Origin: Octopus bimaculoides
Taxonomy: Eukaryota
DNA length: 43,219 nucleotides
Reading direction: 5' to 3'
Assembly (NCBI RefSeq): GCF_001194135.2
Contig: NC_068990.1
Location: 33,803,776 to 33,846,994, forward strand
Position 1 is the first letter of the stretch. Every line of letters begins with the position of its first letter. Of this stretch, positions 1 through 11,830 are shown piece after piece. The notes beneath the pieces are model-generated. The model did not search any database and was not told where the DNA came from. It worked only from the letters and a program-made list of their open reading frames with translations. A program made the translations under genes and the position numbers.

Positions 1-38
<38 letters not shown>

Positions 39-667
39 GTAGTTAAGATATCCAATAAAGAAACTCATATTTGTGTCTGAGAAGTCACCTACACTGCTAA
101 GTGCTTTGTAGGTGCAAAATCAACAGTCACTATATAACCAGTCATAACTTTTAACTTCCTAAAAAAAAAATGTGTGCATATATATATAAGAATTCCAACC
201 ATATTTCGTGGTTCGCTACCTCAAGAACCACGTTCAGTTTCGGCCCCTAATCCTCTACCATTTTCGACATAGCGAGGCCCCAACTTTCAGAGGTGTCTTC
301 AGCTCTGGTGTTGAGTGCATTTTTTCTTTCTCCTGTTTTCTTTTGTTCTTTGGGTTTTTTCAATGTAGTGTCAACAAATGTCAGTGGGTAAATGACCATC
401 CTGCCAAATCTTCTTATAAATGCTTGCTGGTAGGCTCCAGCAGCCAGCACCAGCTAACAATATGTGAGAGGTTTTGATATCCAGAAGACCCAAAATGGCA
501 GGTAAGGCTATGTAAGTGGTACAGAAGAGCCACAGACTCCTGGTTCAATAATAATATGAGTGAGGAGGCTAATGTGGGTTGTGTGTGAGTGTGTATATGT
601 TAAATAAAATCAGACAACAAAGCCAAGGCTGTGTGAAATTTCTAGGACATTTATAAAGAGAAAGGTA

Positions 668-715
668 GTCTTACAGCTGTTTCAGAGATATGAGGGATAT
701 TCCATCATTAGAGAC
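668..715 (-). ncRNA. Degenerate minimal type I hammerhead ribozyme in a Penelope-type terminal repeat
   Basis: Minus strand: GUCU-CUAAUGA-UGGAAUAU CCCUC AUAUCUCU-GAAA-CAGCUG-UA-AGAC. It has a 4-bp stem I (GUCU/AGAC), a core CUGAUGA with G5>A, an imperfect stem II, GAAA, a palindromic ACAGCUGU stem III and a UA cleavage site. Confidence 0.7.
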
Positions 716-738
716 GATATGAGAGAGTTAAAAAGAGG

Positions 739-1259
739 GAAATAGAGTTGAATATAAGAAGTTATTTTGGAAAGGGAGAGATAAAGGAAGTATAAAGGGA
801 AATAAGAGAATAAAAATTAAAATATATGTTGGATGTTTGAAGGAAAGTGCTGTGTAGAGGGGGTAGAAAGAATTCTTGTCCATGATATGTAAATTCTGAT
901 AGGAGTTCATATTACAAGTGGATAGTGTGGAGACATTAATTCCATGTGGTGTTCATTCAAAGGGGTCTGGTAGTGTGAATACTACAAGACCACACTACAA
1001 TACCTCTTCGAATGAACAGCACATGGAATTAATGTCTTCACACTATCTACTTGTAATAACAAAACACGAACTCCTATCGGAATTTATATATCATGGACAA
1101 GAAGCCTTTCTACCCATTCTACACAACACTTCCCTTTGATAATGGAACTACAACTGTAACATCCAAAATATATTTTAATTTTTATTCTCTTATTTCCCTT
1201 TATACTTCTTTTATCTCTGCCTTTTCAGAATAACTTCTTATATTCAATTCTACTATTTC
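739..1259. repeat. ~520-bp imperfect fold-back (inverted repeat) centred near 977
   Basis: The left arm gaaatagagttgaatataagaagttatttt...ggatgtt (from 739) is the reverse complement of aacatccaaaatatatttt...tactatttc (to 1259). Inner arms (attacaagtggatagtgtggagacattaattccatgtg / cacatggaattaatgtcttcacactatctacttgtaat) also pair. There are scattered substitutions and at least two insertions in the right arm. Confidence 0.92.
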
Positions 1260-1526
1260 TAATGAACCCCTTGACCATAACCAAATGACTGCATCAATTC
1301 TCTTCTTTTCAGGTATGCAAAATAGACATCAAACAACCCGCCTATCATTGGAAACTCTCTTTCCCTCTTTGTCATAATACTTAAGGCTACCATCATCGAC
1401 TTTAGCACAGCAAAGGGTAGATTTGGAGAGACTGTAGAGATACTAGAATGAAGGGTGAATAGATATGTGCAGTGTACAGTATTAACATTAAAAAAAGTAA
1501 AGATAATACACCCTTGCTTGTTTTAA

Positions 1527-1723
1527 CCCTTGGTATTTAAACTGGCCATATCCAGCCCAAATATTATACCTGTTTTATGTTTAAATTGGCCATATTCAAC
1601 CAATCACACCTACCTTACAATCCCATACTAAAAATAAACAAGTACATCATCAAAATCTCAACACAAAAAGATAATGTATGATGAAAGCATTAGATTTGAA
1701 GGAGCTATCAGAATGCTAAAGAG
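1527..1723 (+). mobile_element. piggyBac-type MITE, family 1, copy 1
   Basis: TTAA|cccttggtattt...aatgctaaagag|ttga. Internal sequence is homologous to 4526-4726 and 30773-30996. TTAA target duplication is characteristic of piggyBac. Confidence 0.7.
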
Positions 1724-2673
1724 TTGAACAAGAAATAATGTTAACTAACCACTAATTTTTCTCTTAATCATCACATTTAACACTAACATCATTAAACTGG
1801 ATGCTGAAAACAATGGAAATAATTAAATCTACATTTTTAATACAATGTAAAAGACAGACTGTTATTACAACAGTATTCTTCATAATACAGAGTTGTTGCC
1901 ATTCAGTTTGTTGTATTCTACTGTGAAAGTTTATACCTCACTATAAAGACTGTTGTACTACACAAAACCCTCACAGGCTGCTGACTATGTAAACTCAGAG
2001 TCATGCAGCTACAGCAATATCAAAGACATTATTGTACATTATTTATTCATTTAATTTTCCCTCTTGTGTCTTGTACCAGGCTTCATGTAGTTGTTGTCTT
2101 TTACATGGCATTCAATACAGATCAATAATCTCAATTGAATTCAATGGAATTTTGTTCACAGTTGGTCAACTTTTCCAACTCTTCTAAAAGTTCTTGGAAT
2201 TATTTACCAGTTTTGAATAGTGAAAGAATAAGCATGAATGAATTCCGTTCCATTTTGTGCTTTACTCAGTGAACATGTAATAATAATCACAAAGTTTAAT
2301 AATGAATATTTAACTAAAACCTGTAGCAACTAGGTCAGCTCTAAAGCATTTATTGATTCAAATGTCTCGTTCATGTCCCTTAGTTGTCTAACAGTATTGT
2401 GTGACAGATGAATTGTCATTGCTTTTGTCTCTAGAGATTTTGTCATACCAGGCGGATGAAGGAAGATAATAAAGTTACTGCAGTGAATATGGAAGCAAAT
2501 ATATACTTGCAGGGAGACATGTAAAGAAATGGAGGGGGGGGGAAAAATTAAGGTAATGGACCTTGGAAGGACATTGTCTGTTTGAAAGTGCTTTGTTATT
2601 GATGAAAAGGCTAGAGGTTCAGATCCGTGTGTATGTACGTAGTATGTGTTAGTGTGTATGTATGGAGTATTTG

Positions 2674-2708
<35 letters not shown>

Positions 2709-3039
2709 ATGTGTTCACATATGTGTGTGTGCATGTATACAGATGTATGTGCATGCACATGTTTATACATGTGTATAAGTGTGCATATGTGTGAATGTGT
2801 GTGTGTGTGTGTGTGTTTGTATGTGTGAATGTCTGTTTGTTTGCGTGCATATCATGAGTCATATGGGATTCACATACATAAAATGCCAGTAAATTCTGGA
2901 AGCTATTTAGAGAAACCATTCTACAATTGAAAACGCTTGTTTCATGATCTACACTCAGAAATGAATGACAGATATAAAATATTTATTTTATCAATATATA
3001 AAATGTGTGTGTGCGTGTGTGTGTGTACACATACACATA

Positions 3040-3256
3040 TGAGGGTGGGGTGAAAAGTTCCTAGCTTTAAGGGTATAGCGAAAGGCCTGGCTGGAGGCTC
3101 AACTTTCTGAGTTCTTTTACAGCGCTTATTATAAATGAAGGACTGCTGCAACAAGTGTGTGAATCTGAGAGGGGAATATGTTGAATAAAATCATAATTAA
3201 CTGATCCTCCTGTATTTTCTTTTACCCCAAATCAGGAACTTTTCAGCACCTCCTTG
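3040..3256 (+). mobile_element. Internally deleted mariner (MITE-like)
   Basis: TIRs TA|tgagggtggggtgaaaagttcct ... aggaacttttcagcacctccttg. It retains the transposase C-terminal codons NKCVNLRGEYVE* (aacaagtgtgtgaatctgagaggggaatatgttgaataa). Confidence 0.8.
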
Positions 3257-3272
3257 TGAGTATATATATCTA

Positions 3273-4432
3273 TTGGGTTGGCAACTAAGTTCCCGTCGTT
3301 TTTTAAAATTTTGGAATTTATTGTGCTTTCAAATTTTTGAATCTTTCTTTTTTTTTTTTCAAGAATTCTATTTTTTAATCATTTTGGAATCTGTTTTGCT
3401 TTTTTTTTTAGTTAATTTTAGTTAATTTTTGTTTATCTTCAGATCATTAAAATGGAATGTCAAGCTAAGAAAAACGAGCGGTTTTAAAACCTCTTCCTTT
3501 TTGCTGTTAATCAAGGTTCTAAGGCCGCAAAAGCTGCTCACGACATTTGTGCTGTGTATGGAGAGGGTGCCATAGCTGAAAGAACCGCTCGTGATTGGTA
3601 TGCCAAGTTCAAAATTGGAAATTTTGACCTCAAACACACACCTTGTTCTGGCAGTCCAGTTGAGCTTGAGAGCAATTAAACCAACTTTTGCATGAAAATT
3701 CTTGTCAAACGACAAGGGAACTGGCAGAGAAAATGGAAAGCTCCCACACTGCTATAGAGAAGCATCTTCACTCGATGGGAAAGGTTCAGAAGTATGGAGC
3801 ATGGGTTCCGCATGCTTTAAGTGACAACAACAAAAATCAACGAGCCACAATCTCTGCTGGTTTGCTTGCTCGTCGCCACTCAATTCATGGACACAAGCAA
3901 TGATTTCTTTACCGAATCGTTACTGGCAATGAAAAATGGTCCTGTACATCAATATGAAGCAGTGTAAGGAATGGCTTAGCCCCAGTAAACAAGCGACACC
4001 ACACGTGAAACAAGATTTTCATCCGCGTAAAACGATGTTGTGCATATGGTGGGACTGGGAAGGGATTATCCATTATGAATTGCTTGAATGGAACCAAATG
4101 GTCAACACGGAACTCTATGTTCAACAGATGGAACGACTCCACACGGCTATTCAAGAGGAAAGACCTAATTGTCAGCATGGAGTTCTTCTACTGCACGACA
4201 ATGCCCGCCCTCATATCACCAATATGACCAAGGAAGCCATTCAAACACATGGCTGGGGAGTGCTGCCACACCTGCCATACTCTCCTGGTTTGGCACCAAT
4301 GGATTTCCACCTCTTTCAAATGATGAGTGGAGTTTCATTCAATACTGATGCAGAATTGAGAGCTTGGTTGGATCAATTTTTCAAGTCAAAATCGGGTGAT
4401 TTCTACCAGCGAGGTTTTGAAAATCTTGTTGA
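3273..4432 (+). mobile_element. Mariner (DD34D) transposon with decayed transposase pseudogene; right end missing
   Basis: Left TIR TA|ttgggttggcaactaagtt. From ATG 3452: MECQAKKNERF*NLFLFAVNQGSKAAKAAHDICAVYGEG... then WVPHAL, IVTGNEKW (first D mutated to N), HYELL, LLHDNARPH and YSPGLAPMDFHLF. Multiple stops and frameshifts. No right TIR found. Confidence 0.95.
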
Positions 4433-4525
4433 TGAAGAAGAAGAGAGGCGGTGGGAGAAGACCAAATTACCGAAACACAGGTATTTTTTAAAATTTACCA
4501 TCTTTTTCAAAATAAAAGGTATTAA

Positions 4526-4726
4526 TTCTTTAGCATTCAGATTATTCTGTCAAATGTAATATTTATTAATTCATATTGTTTTGAATTAATCGAGCATTAT
4601 CTTGTTGCTTTGAGATTTCAATGATGTGATTGTTTACTTTTAGAATGACATTATAGGCTAGGTCTGAGAGGCCAGATCTGACCAGTTTGAGCATAAAAAA
4701 TGTAGAATAATTTGGCCAGATATGGG
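4526..4726 (-). mobile_element. piggyBac-type MITE, family 1, copy 2
   Basis: TTAA at 4522-4525 and 4727-4730. Reverse-complement homolog of 30773-30996 (ttctttagcattcagattattctgtcaaa...ggccagatatgg) with a deletion in one TIR. Confidence 0.7.
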
Positions 4727-6604
4727 TTAAATATAACTAACTTCACCCTCACCATTCCACGCACACTCACGCCACTGCCACCAATAATTATAACAACAAC
4801 TATCACCATTGTTCTTAATTCTATCTGAAACAGAATATTCTTCTGTCACTGGTGTGGTTTTTTTTGTTTTTTTTTTCCCCGTTTTAGTTTTTGACGAAGT
4901 TCAACAAGAAAATGTCAAAACTGAAACAATAAAATCACAAACAACAATCAAAGTAGAAACACAACAAAGATTTGGTTCTTTTTGGTTTTCTATTTAAATT
5001 AGAGTTGATCAGACATTTATTCACAAAACTCTTTTCAATATTAATCAAACACACCATTATTCTCTCTATTAAATTTAGGTCTTAAATCTCCTTGGAACTA
5101 TACGAAAATAAAGTAGTAATAATAAAAAAAAAGACGAAAAATTATTATTATTATTATTATTTAAAAATACTACAGAATTTCTCAGTGTTTATTCCTTTAA
5201 CTAAAAAGTCAGAACAAAACAAAACAAACAATAACATTGTTAATAACACTTTAATGAATTATTCAGTCCACTTGGTTTTCCGGAGTATTCAAAAACGAAT
5301 GTGATCAGGATTAGTGGAAAATTTATCAAAAGGCCTAGAGTGAATTAGAACTTCACTGAACTGGTGAACTGTGCTTTTTATAATAGATCTAACTAACACT
5401 ACTTAGTCACCTGAGAAATGATAAAGTTTACACTTAGTTTTAAAAATATAACAAAAATTTAAGATCTAATATATATATATATANNNNNNNNNNNNNNNNN
5501 NNNNNNNNNNNNNNNNNNNNNNNNNNNNNNNNNNNNNNNNNNNNNNNNNNNNNNNNNNNNNNNNNNNNNNNNNNNNNNNNNNNNNNNNNNNNNNNNNNNN
5601 NNNNNNNNNNNNNNNNNNNNNNNNNNNNNNNNNNNNNNNNNNNNNNNNNNNNNNNNNNNNNNNNNNNNNNNNNNAAAACAGTTCAGTTAATAGATGACAA
5701 CATTGTTTACAAAGTTATATTCAGGTTTTTGTAAAGTCAATAACTTTTATAGAAATTACAAATTCATTTCTCCATGCTACACTTAACATATTTTAATGGC
5801 AACTAACTCACATTGGGAATTGGAAATTTACTTAAAACATTTTTTTCTCCTAAATTTTTCATAAAGAATATTAAGCAAACCCTACCCATCTCCACAGAAA
5901 AGCAGCAACATCAATAGTAACAACAGCAACAACAATGTTCAATATAAGAATTTACTTTCACTTTCATTATAAAATATTTTATCAACTTCTTAACAAACTA
6001 AGATGTGAAACTTAAGATTTTTTTGATTTTTTTTCAATTATCAATATTTTATTCTGATTAATGTGCAAATTCTAATCCATTGATGTTTCACAATATTTGA
6101 TGACAACCCATAACATTCTGAGTTCAAATTGCACTATAGGCACAGCAATTTTCTGGCCTGACACCAATTTAGGAAAAGAGCATTATTAATCTTCGTTATT
6201 AATAATTTATGTTGTTTATCATTCTGCTGTATTGTGGAAAGATTTTGTTGATTATTTTGTTTACTTGCTGATGTTTCAATTTTCTTGTTTTTGCTGTGGT
6301 AAAGACAATAGTCGGTGAGTGGGGTTTTTGAGTGTTGCAGTTGTCAATGTTTTGTTAAAACATCCAGCATTCCCTATTGTGCAACTGTCACCAGTTTTCT
6401 TCATGTTCTTTACTACCCGTGTGATTTTTGCCACAAGCTCAGCTTATTCTCATTGTTTGAAGTGTTAACAAGAAAAGAAGTCAGAAGAAGCGAAAGGTAG
6501 TGGCATATCTGTGCAATCACTAATAAAGTAGGCCAAAACAGATTCTTCCAAAAGACTCTGGAGTAATGTTACTCAATAGGGTACAATCTAGTAATAATAA
6601 TAAT

Positions 6605-7820
6605 GGTTTCAAATTTTGGAAGGGTGAGGCAAGTTAATTACATCAACCCATGTGATTGGTTGGTATTTTATTTTATTGACCCCCAAAATGATGAAAGACA
6701 AAATTGATGACAGCAGAATTTGAACTCAGAACATAAAATTGGAAGAAATACTGCTAAGCATTTTTGTCAATGTACTAATGATGCTACCAACTCTCCACCC
6801 TCATAATAATAATAATGGTTTCAAATTTTGTCACAAGGGCAACAGGTTTTGGGGAGGGGATGAATCGATTACATCAACCCCAGTGTTCAACTGGTACTTA
6901 TTTTATTGACCGCCCCAAAGGATGAAAGGCAAAGTCAACCTCGATGGAATTTGAACTCAGAATATAGCAGTGGATGAAATACCGCTAAGCATTTTACTCA
7001 GCGTGCTAATGATTCTGCCAGCTCACCACCACCACCACTAACAACAACAACAACAACAATAATAATGATTTCAAATTTTTGCCACAAGGGCAGCTTGGGG
7101 GAGGGGATTAAGTTGATTACATCGACTCCAGTGCATAACTGGTACTTATATTATCGACCCCAAAAAGATGAAAGGCAAAGTCGACCTTGGTGGAATTTGA
7201 ACTCACAATGTAGCAACGGGTGAAATACTGCTAAGCATTTTGTCCAGCATGCTTAAGATTCTGCCAGCTCATCACCCTAACAATAATAATAATGATGATG
7301 ATGACAATGACAATGATGGTAGTGGGGGTGGTGATGATGATGATAGATGACTGATGATGACAATGATGGTAGTGGTAATGGTGATGTGTTGTTGGTGGTG
7401 GTGTTGGTGGTTGTTTCTAACTTAGGTACAAGGCCAGCAATTTTGAGAGGAAGAGCTTAGTTGATAAACCAACTAAAATATTTAACTAATAGTTTATTTT
7501 ACTACACTCTTTCCATCTTCAGAGGGTTGAAAATTGACAATGGCAGAATTTGAACATAGAATATGGAGAGCGAGAACGAATACTGCAAAGCAATTTTCCA
7601 AAAGTCTAAAATATCTGTCAATCCACTGCACATTTATTGTTTTTGAAATTAAGAACAAGTCCAGCAATTTAGTTCAAGAGAGAGTTAGTCAATGCCATTG
7701 ACTGCAATACTTGGACTGGAAATGTATTTTATCAACCTTGGAAGAATAGAAGGCAATTTGATTCTAGCAGGATTTGAACTCAGAATATTTGCAAAGCATT
7801 TTTGTCTTTTAATGTTCTAA
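6605..7820 (-). mobile_element. Array of five SINE copies (family A, tRNA-derived head, Nin/Deu-like core) separated by (AAT)n/(AAC)n/(GAT)n tracts
   Basis: Copies at about 6605-6803, 6817-7030, 7067-7279, 7413-7630 and 7648-7820. They share ctggtacttattttatcgacccc..gaaaggatgaaaggcaaagtcgac..ggaatttgaactcag, the reverse complement of the B-box-like GAGTTCAAATTCC plus core. Confidence 0.9.
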
Positions 7821-8432
7821 TCATCATCATCATCATCAAACATCTGTTGTCCATGCTGGCATAGGTTAGACGGTTTGACCAGGTCTGGTAAACTGAGGGG
7901 TTGCACCAGACACCAGTCTGATTTGGCATGGTTTCTATGACTGGATGCCCTTCCTAATGCCAACCACTCTAAGAGTGTAATGGGTGCTCTTACATTCCAC
8001 TGGCATGGGTTCCAGTCATGTGACACCAGCATTGGCCATGATTACAATTTCACTTGGCTTGATGGGTCTTCTTGAGCATTGCATATTGTCAAAGGTCATG
8101 ATCACTAGTCGTTGCTTCTGTGAGGCCTAACATTTGAAGATCATGCTTCACCACCTCGTCTCATGTCTTCCTGGATTTACCTCTTCCATAGGTTCCCTTC
8201 ACAGCACTTCTTTACACTGCTGTCCTAATCCATATGCATCGCATGACTGTATCAGCACAGTCGTCTCTCTTGCATACCACATCTGATGTTTCTTATGCTT
8301 ATCTTTTCTTTCAAGACGCTTACACTCTGTCATACATGCACGCTGACATTGCACATCCAGTGAAGCATACTAGCTTCCTTTCTTTCAAGCCTAAGCATGT
8401 CCTTGGCAGTAACAGCTCATGTTTCACTGCTT
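7821..8432 (-). mobile_element. RTE-clade LINE 3' fragment
   Basis: Minus strand gives a decayed ...SET..TAKDMLRLERKEASMLHWMCNVSV...IRCGMQERRL, homologous to 41072-42042, followed by the 3' UTR and a (GAT)n tail at 7821-7838. Confidence 0.9.
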
Positions 8433-8464
8433 AATGAGTCTGTCAATCCAGTCATAGTAATAAT

Positions 8465-8680
8465 GATTACACATTTTTGAAGATGGTTAGCAATTTTGAA
8501 GAGTGAGGTAAGTCAGTTACATCAACACTTCTAATTCACTGGTACTTTATGTTAATGACTCTGGAAGAATAAAAAGCAAAGTTGACCTTATCAGGATTTG
8601 AACTTCATAAATAAAGAGCTAGAACAAATACCACAAAGCATGTTTTGCAGTGCTCTATTGAGTCTGCCACCTTGCCACTT
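8465..8680 (-). mobile_element. SINE family A, diverged copy
   Basis: ctggtactttatgttaatgactctggaagaataaaaagcaaagttgacc..ggatttgaacttc matches the family A core. Confidence 0.75.
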
Positions 8681-10351
8681 TAATAGTGGCAACAGCAACA
8701 ACTATAGAAATAGTTATCATAATGTAGTGCTAGGAAGGAAAAGAATAATAGTTCCAGCAATGATATTTGATAAGAGATTCTCTGTATAAATATAAATGTT
8801 TAGTAAACTCTATGTTGTTGACCAATAGTTTGACTTTATGTTAAACATATAGACACAAACATAGAAATGAGCGGGAAAATTATTATTATCTGTGTCACCT
8901 TTATTTATGCACTTGGTTTTATGGTGCAGGATAGATTCAGAATGAGTTTTATTAGAATGTTCTTACAAATTATATGCCAGATAATTTAATATTGTCAATA
9001 TTATTGAATGGAACCAGTTTTGCATTGTAAATATATCTGTTTCTGGCTGTAGCATTATAACTTATGAGATATCAATTATGTTTACAGTATAAATACATAG
9101 AGATACAGCAGTTTCTATATTTGTAGGTAGGGCAACTCAAAGATATTGTGGTCAAATCCCCATGGCTGTTTCCTACAATAATATAGTTATTTGTGACTAT
9201 CATTTAAAATTGATTTGCTTCAACAACATATGTAGGTCAACAGTCCTACAGAATTGTGAAGAAATAAACAGATGTGACTAAATTATAGGAATAGAAGTCA
9301 TCAATGAACAGTATTTGTTAATTACTTCCATAGTATTGTGCTCATAATTTTGCAGACAATCTGAGCAATAAACTGAGGAATGCTATTATTGTCTTTTATG
9401 TCTGGAAGACTACATAGTGTTATAGTTAATATGGTAAATAGAAAGAAACAGTATGGTGCTAAACTACAATGCTTCATTCTTATCATTCTGTGTTCTTAGT
9501 TCCACTCCTGCTTCAGGTGACTCTGTCTTCCATCACTGAACAGTCCATAAAATAAATAAAACATTGAACATTGGATTTTATTCAATCTACACACCTTCTC
9601 TTAGGAAAACTGGCTTAGTCACAAGAAATTATTATCTCTCCATTAAAATACTTTATAGCTCTTCACATTTGAACTTTCAGGTATTAGAATTATTTGTTGC
9701 TTAAAGATAAAGAGATTTGTCTTAGCTGTGAGAAGAGGAAGTTGATGTAAAACATAGTTACGAGAAAAGAAAACTAACATTTACCTTAGTTATGAGAAAA
9801 GAATGTTAGAATATACCTTTACAATGACAAGAGGAAGCTTAAGAGGTATATTTTAGCTATGAGCAGAAAAAGTTACGATGTGTCTTAAATTTGTCTTGAG
9901 GAATCTAATGTTATCATAAAAGAAAAAATACTTCTCAAATGAGATCATAAAGTCAAATAGTGAAAGTCATTTCATAAAAATATTTTAATGAATCTAATAG
10001 AGAAAAATTAGATCTGATGATCAATTTATTAATTTAATAATAGACAGATAAAATCTAAATACCTTCACATAAAAAGTAATCCAGTTTTCATACCAATTAT
10101 AACTTCTTTTTTTTTTTTTGTGATAAAGAATTACTAGAAAATTTCTAGCTTTGGTATTTATATTGCAATTTATGAGAGCAAACAGCAATTATATAAGTTT
10201 ACAGGCCTAAATCGAGATTTTAAACATCTATCCTCATTCGATAAATGAATTATCCAAGTCCTTGATTAATGATGATAATAATAAAAGGAGCTGATAAAGT
10301 ATGATAACAGGAAAGGATAAGAGAACATAAAGTCAGATAAGTGACATTTAC

Positions 10352-10481
10352 CTTGACAAACAAATGATGATGGTGTTTCTCCAGGGTGGACACGAGCAGT
10401 AATAAATACCATCCTTTGTTTCTGAGGATTTTTAAAGTTAGCTGGATGTGTGATGGTTACAAGATCCAAACGTCTTTCTTG
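10352..10481 (-). CDS. AGBL4: Internal coding exon (130 bp, phase 0 to phase 1) of cytosolic carboxypeptidase 6 / AGBL4-like tubulin deglutamylase (M14D)
   Basis: Minus strand reads tttcacag|CAA GAA AGA CGT TTG GAT... = QERRLDLVTITHPANFKNPQKQRMVFITARVHPGETPSSFVCQ-G|gtaaat, with canonical AG/GT sites. RVHPGE holds the HxxE zinc ligands of M14 carboxypeptidases. PSSFVCQG is the CCP6/AGBL4 form as I recall it (CCP5 has PSSFVFNG, CCP1 has NASWVMKG). Flanking exons were not found in the window. Confidence 0.92.
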
Positions 10482-10624
10482 CTGTGAAATAAAATAGGTA
10501 AAGAAAACTGTAGGATTGCAAAAAGGTAAAGCGATGGTGAAACTGAGACAATAAACACTGAGTTGCCTATAGAGGTGCCTGGATAGTCAGTCTAGAAGGG
10601 AGCAAATTGATTTGGCATCTAAAA

Positions 10625-10900
10625 TCTTTTATCTTTCACTTGTTTTGGTCATTAAACTGTGGCTATGCTGGAGAACTGCCTTGAAAAGTTTTTAGTCAAA
10701 TGAATTGACCCCCAGCACATTTTTTAAGCCTGGTACTTATTCTATCAGATTTTTAATTTTTTTTGCTGAACCACTACGTTACAAGGACATAGACAAAGCA
10801 ACACTAGTTTTCAAGTTGTGTACTGGGGGCCAAACACAGACATGAAAACACACAAACACACATGATGAGCTTCTTTGAGTTTCCGTAACCAAATCCACTC
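10625..10900 (-). mobile_element. SINE family C, 3' portion
   Basis: Homologous to the fuller copy at 38492-38870 (cttttatc..cttgttt..gtcatt..actgtggc.at.ctgg, ctggtacttattctatc). Confidence 0.75.
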
Positions 10901-10902
10901 AT

Positions 10903-11050
10903 GTGGAAGCATGTGGCTTAGTGGTAAGGGTGCTGGACTTGTGATCACAAGATTGTGGTTTTGATTCCTGGACTGGGGCAATGCACTGTGTTCTTGAGCA
11001 AAACACCTCATTTCACACAGCTCCAGTCCACTCACCTGGCAAAAATATGT
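10903..11050 (+). mobile_element. tRNA-derived SINE family B, 5' part
   Basis: A-box-like gtggcttagtggtaagg and B-box-like ggttttgattcc, then tgtgttcttgagcaaaacacctcatttcac. Homologous to 19890-20145. Confidence 0.8.
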
Positions 11051-11574
11051 CATCTTGTGACAGACAATACTAACTAGTGTAGACCAGGACTCTATGACAA
11101 TAGTAAACTATCACTGATAGGGGAAACTTCACAGTAGCACTAATTAGTACTGATGCAGACTATATGATAATACTGACAGCAACAGAGACCCTCTAAGCAG
11201 CCAGTGAGAAAGCAATATTTATATGATTATAACATTTTCATAGAATGAAGAAATCTTGGTGATTGAACTATTTCTTAATGAGAATTCATTAAATGGTATT
11301 TTAATGACTTCACCTGGTATTTATAGGTTGAGTAATTACAGTCAATCTAATTGAAGACAATCTATTTAAATAGTTGATTCTCAGTTTCCTTGTGACTTCA
11401 CTCAACTAAGGCTATAATTTACCAAAATTTTATTAATATTTAAGGATTTCGGTTCATTACATTGTATTACCTGTATCTTATATAGCTACTTCTCATGTGT
11501 TTGCTCTACTTCAAATTATTATCTATTATCACATTTTATTATATTACCTAGTTTATATTATATTTGTAATTCAG

Positions 11575-11830
11575 CATCATCATTATCCTTTTAAAGTTCC
11601 TTTTTTTCCATGCTTCCATAGATCAAACTGAATTTGTTGAAACAGATTTTCTATGACTGGATGCCTTTCCTGCTGCCAAGTTTCACTTGTTCCTAAGCTA
11701 GGTAACATTTCCCCATAGCCAGACATGTTTTCATGGAAGATTGGAAACAAACGACACCACTTGTATGAAGGTGACTCTCATTTACAACTGTCACATAATA
11801 TCAAGAAATGGAGAGACACAGAAACACATA
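11575..11830 (-). mobile_element. Short retroposon sharing the RTE 3'-tail motif
   Basis: Contains ttttctatgactggatgcctttcctgctgccaa, the motif seen in RTE tails at about 7930 and 32690, and ends in a decayed (GAT)n. The remainder differs from the RTE copies. Confidence 0.55.

Noticed and set aside
195-310. Small hairpin (cgtggttc/gaaccacg) and minus-strand CUGAAGA...GGCC-GAAAC fragments next to a TA run
   Set aside because: The pieces cannot be assembled into one hammerhead (no stem II closing pair after CUGAAGA; GUG at the cleavage position). Possibly a decayed PLE end, but not supportable.
369-501. Plus-strand AG...CAG|GTAAGG exon-like segment
   Set aside because: Stops in all three frames.
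2330-2919. Long ORFs of 146, 81 and 60 aa
   Set aside because: They are driven by (GT)n/(CA)n repeats and have no recognisable domain. The same applies to all CVCV/THTH/YIYI/poly-I ORFs.
4888-4997. Plus-strand candidate terminal exon VFDEVQQENVKTETIK... after a strong pyrimidine tract
   Set aside because: Low-complexity CAA-rich sequence, no known homology and no partner exon. The nearby AATAAA is uninformative in AT-rich DNA.
6591-7820. Repeat-spacer appearance reminiscent of a CRISPR array
   Set aside because: Units are ~200-bp eukaryotic SINEs separated by microsatellites, and no cas genes are present.
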